From NCBI RefSeq assembly GCF_003428155.1, contig NZ_QLIR01000020.1, positions 1-30,518 on the forward strand: a stretch of DNA of 30,518 nt, given 5' to 3'. The first letter of the stretch is position 1. Each line of letters starts with the position of its first letter. Under the pieces are notes generated by a model. It worked only from the letters and a program-made list of their open reading frames with translations, was not told the DNA's origin and ran no database searches. Shown one piece after another: positions 28,527 to 30,518 of this stretch. A program made the position numbers and the translations under genes. This DNA is from Fastidiosibacter lacustris. GTDB taxonomy: Bacteria; Pseudomonadota; Gammaproteobacteria; Francisellales; Francisellaceae.

Positions 28527-29108
28527 ATGCAACGTTCACAAATCAATAATGTTGTTAAATGCTTTAACGCCATTGAAATACTAGGAGTTACATTTATTAT
28601 TGCTATTGCATTTGCGTTTCAATTTATTTTTAGAGAACTGCCTTGCCCACTTTGTTTATTGCAACGCCTTGGACTATTAGGAATTGCCTTTGGCTTTCTT
28701 TTAAATGTCCGTTATCATGTACGCCCTGCTCATTATAGCCTGTCTTTATTATCGGCTGTCCTGACTTCTTTTGTCGCATTGCGCCAAATTGCATTACACA
28801 TCACTGATCCTGATGGCTATGGTTCTGCTATCTTAGGAATTCATATGTATACATGGGTATTCATATTTTGTATTGTTGCTATTATTTACATCGGACTTAT
28901 TATGACCATCACCCAGCAATATGAAATTGAACAGGATAAAAAAGAAATTGCTGAAGCTAGAGGCAAAAAAATTCGCATTTTTAGCCACATTGCTTTCATT
29001 ATCTTTGTATTGATCATTGCTGCCAACATCATTTCAACATTAACTGAATGCGGTTTGTCCGAGTGTCCAGATAATCCTGTATCCTATATTTTGCTCTCAA
29101 AAGTATAA
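28527..29108 (+). CDS. DsbB-family disulfide oxidoreductase-like membrane protein
   Basis: I set the start at ATG 28527 (MQRSQINN), with AAGGAG 7 nt upstream. The ORF-track start at 28470 overlaps the small ORF. It has the LPCPLCLLQR motif after the first TM (E. coli DsbB: PCVLCIYER), about 5 hydrophobic segments, and a second Cys pair TECGLSEC near the C-terminus. Confidence 0.65.
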   Translation: MQRSQINNVVKCFNAIEILGVTFIIAIAFAFQFIFRELPCPLCLLQRLGLLGIAFGFLLNVRYHVRPAHYSLSLLSAVLTSFVALRQIALHITDPDGYGSAILGIHMYTWVFIFCIVAIIYIGLIMTITQQYEIEQDKKEIAEARGKKIRIFSHIAFIIFVLIIAANIISTLTECGLSECPDNPVSYILLSKV

Positions 29109-29136
29109 CTTGACTTGTAGCCAAGTAATGGGTCTT

Positions 29137-29463
29137 TCAATTTCTGATGCTCTTCACCTGCTTATGCTTAGGGTAGCCGATGAACACCGTTTGCTTTTGT
29201 TGATGATTTCCTTTGTTTTTAATGAATACCCAAAACAAAGCATTTGTTTCATCTTCACTCAACGTACTTCTCACCTGAATGTAGATAGTCTTTTCACTCT
29301 GAGGTACAGGATCAAGAAATATTGTATCGGACATTTTTGAGTTTACTTCAAGATTGCGATGTTTAATTGCCGTACCAATCGCAGCACAGCCTGAAAGCGC
29401 TAACAATGATGCTGCCATTGATGCAGTTATTGATAATTTTAGGATTTTTCCTTTTTCTTTCAT
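29137..29463 (-). pseudogene. traT: traT-like surface-exclusion/complement-resistance lipoprotein gene, 5-prime fragment
   Basis: The first ~62 aa (LLALSGCAAIGTAIKHRNLEVNSKMSDTIFLDPVPQSEKTIYIQVRS) are colinear with F/R100 TraT ([45 protein letters not shown]), including the lipobox. The ORF is 108 aa against about 240 aa for TraT. Similarity fades after aa ~62, and the ORF abuts the DsbB-like stop. Confidence 0.65.
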
Positions 29464-29504
29464 GTTTTTTCCTTATTGGTTGGTTGAGAAATGTATACAA
29501 AAAC

Positions 29505-29557
29505 TTGCTAGTATCTCAATTGAGATATATAATAAGATGACACTGCTAAATTGAGAT
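29505..29557 (+). promoter_or_regulatory. toxin-antitoxin promoter with palindromic operator
   Basis: TTGCTA (29505-29510), 17-nt spacer, TATAAT (29528-29533). The spacer holds a perfect 14-bp palindrome ATCTCAATTGAGAT (29513-29526). A third half-site, AATTGAGAT, repeats at 29549-29557, just before the antitoxin ATG. Confidence 0.55.
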
Positions 29558-29563
29558 GTTTCT

Positions 29564-29857
29564 ATGGCTAATACTTCGATGCTCCACGTTCGAGTTGATA
29601 ATGAACTTAAAGCGGATGCAGCAAAAAAACTCGCTAATCTTGGTTTAACCGTTTCTGATGCGGTGCGTATTTTACTCACACGCATTACGAAAGAAGGAGG
29701 CATGCCAGCAGGGCTAACAATGGAACCGAAGGAGTATGACGCTTGGTTTCGTACTAAAGTTAAAGAGGCATTAACTGATCCAAATCATGTAATTTCTCAT
29801 CAAGAAATTATGGATGAGGCTCAAACTTTGATTGATAAAAAACGCCGCCATGTCTGA
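29564..29857 (+). CDS. RelB/DinJ-family type II antitoxin
   Basis: 97 aa. The N-terminal ribbon-helix-helix MLHVRVDNELKADAAKKLANLGLTVSDAVRILLTRITKEGGMP aligns with E. coli DinJ VRARIDEDLKNQAADVLAGMGLTISDLVRITLTKVAREKALP. Confidence 0.8.
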   Translation: MANTSMLHVRVDNELKADAAKKLANLGLTVSDAVRILLTRITKEGGMPAGLTMEPKEYDAWFRTKVKEALTDPNHVISHQEIMDEAQTLIDKKRRHV

Positions 29858-30137
29858 GGTAAAATGGTCAACCCATGCACGTACCGATCTCTTGGCAATA
29901 GTGGACTATATTTCAGACGATAATCCAGATGCTGCATAACGTTTGAAAGACGACATTGAGTTAAAGGTAATAAGATTGCTGGATTTTCCGAAAATGGGAC
30001 GATCTGGACGAGTAAAGGGAACCAGAGAGCTGGTTACATGGGCAAACTATATTATTGTTTATCAAGAGAATGACAATACTGTAAGAATACTTCGTATATT
30101 ACACGCAGCACAGCAATGGTCTGAAATTAAGATTTGA
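29850..30137 (+). pseudogene. RelE/ParE-family toxin gene interrupted by an in-frame TAA
   Basis: ATG 29850 overlaps the antitoxin stop by 8 nt. The frame reads MSEVKWSTHARTDLLAIVDYISDDNPDAA, then TAA (29937-29939), then RLKDDIELKV...FPKMGRSGRVKGTRELV...YIIVYQENDNTVRILRILHAAQQW. That is one continuous ParE/RelE-like sequence in a single frame. The ORF track sees only the distal part, from TTG 29943. Confidence 0.75.
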
Positions 30138-30205
30138 TTGTGTTTTACCCCATTTTACGTTAGGTTGCTCAAAGAGCAAAAGTTAATAAAAACAAGGACA
30201 ATGCT

Positions 30206-30415
30206 ATGAATGATAAGCAAAAAGAAAGACTTTTAAAAATCGCTGAAACTCACCCTGAATTGGCGAAAGAAATGATCGATATTTTCAAAACTGAAAAATC
30301 AAACAACCAAGAACCCATTGCCGTGAAAATGGTGAAGTCAGAAGAAGATAAAATAGAAATTACTGCGGAGCAGAAGAAGTATGCGATTAGGTGTATAAGT
30401 TTAGACTTGACCTGA
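30206..30415 (+). CDS. hypothetical small acidic protein
   Basis: 69-aa ORF with a weak AAGGA SD 7 nt upstream. No recognisable motif. A hairpin GGTTGA/TCAACC (30453-30469) followed by a T-rich stretch lies downstream. Confidence 0.35.
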   Translation: MNDKQKERLLKIAETHPELAKEMIDIFKTEKSNNQEPIAVKMVKSEEDKIEITAEQKKYAIRCISLDLT

Positions 30416-30518
30416 CAGTTGCCTATTTTTCAAACGCGATTTTTGTCAGATATGGTTGAGCAATTCAACCTTCTCTTGCCAGTGCGTTTTCCCATCAGTA
30501 AAAGTTGCTATTGGTGTT

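Noticed and set aside
29110-29703. ORF-track entries 29110-29340 (+), 29354-29554 (+) and 29473-29703 (-).
   Set aside because: They overlap the traT-like fragment, the TA promoter and the RelB/DinJ antitoxin, all of which have real family signatures. Their own translations have none.
30445-30518. Minus-strand open frame running in from the right edge (...TPIATFTDGKTHWQEKVELLNHI-stop).
   Set aside because: Only 24 codons are visible and there is no motif. It also overlaps a hairpin (30453-30469) that could equally be the terminator of the plus-strand ORF at 30206-30415. This is not enough to call a gene.

Overview
AT-rich, densely coding chromosomal segment. It reads like a gammaproteobacterium, because its proteins are colinear with my memory of E. 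coli YheS, FadH, AcnA, GlpD, YhcB, ZipA and LpxD-FabZ-LpxA-LpxB. The species cannot be named from sequence alone. I support about 29 protein-coding genes or pseudogenes. I recognised no rRNA, tRNA, CRISPR array or intact IS element. All product calls come from motif and colinearity recognition by eye, with no searches run. Most genes are housekeeping: yheS, carB, an NSS-family Na+ symporter, fadH, acnA, a GT39/ArnT-like membrane glycosyltransferase, rhodanese-ispF-yhcB, a HemY-type FAD oxidoreductase, glpD, rpsT, lpxD-fabZ-lpxA-lpxB, a zipA-like gene, trpS coupled to a PAPS-reductase-family gene, and a DsbB-family protein. Two patches are not ordinary. (1) 5.4-8.7 kb holds a divergently transcribed cassette. 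A QueC-like PP-loop ATPase is ATGA-coupled to a Cys-rich DUF2797-like zinc-ribbon protein, and these face an overlapping QueD-like and QueE-like pair. Each of the three enzymes departs from the canonical metal or cluster ligand motif: QueC-like has no C-terminal Cys cluster, QueD-like has HGY instead of HGH, and QueE-like has CX3CX8C instead of CX3CX2C. No folE, queF, tgt or dpdA lies in the window. This is my best candidate for an undescribed 7-deazapurine-type system. An orphan carB (no carA, not the enterobacterial sequence type) follows on the same strand. (2) 29.1-30.5 kb is a decayed mobile-element remnant. It holds a 5-prime fragment of a traT-like lipoprotein gene and a relB/dinJ-parE/relE module. 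The toxin of that module carries an in-frame TAA, while the antitoxin and its palindromic operator/promoter look intact.
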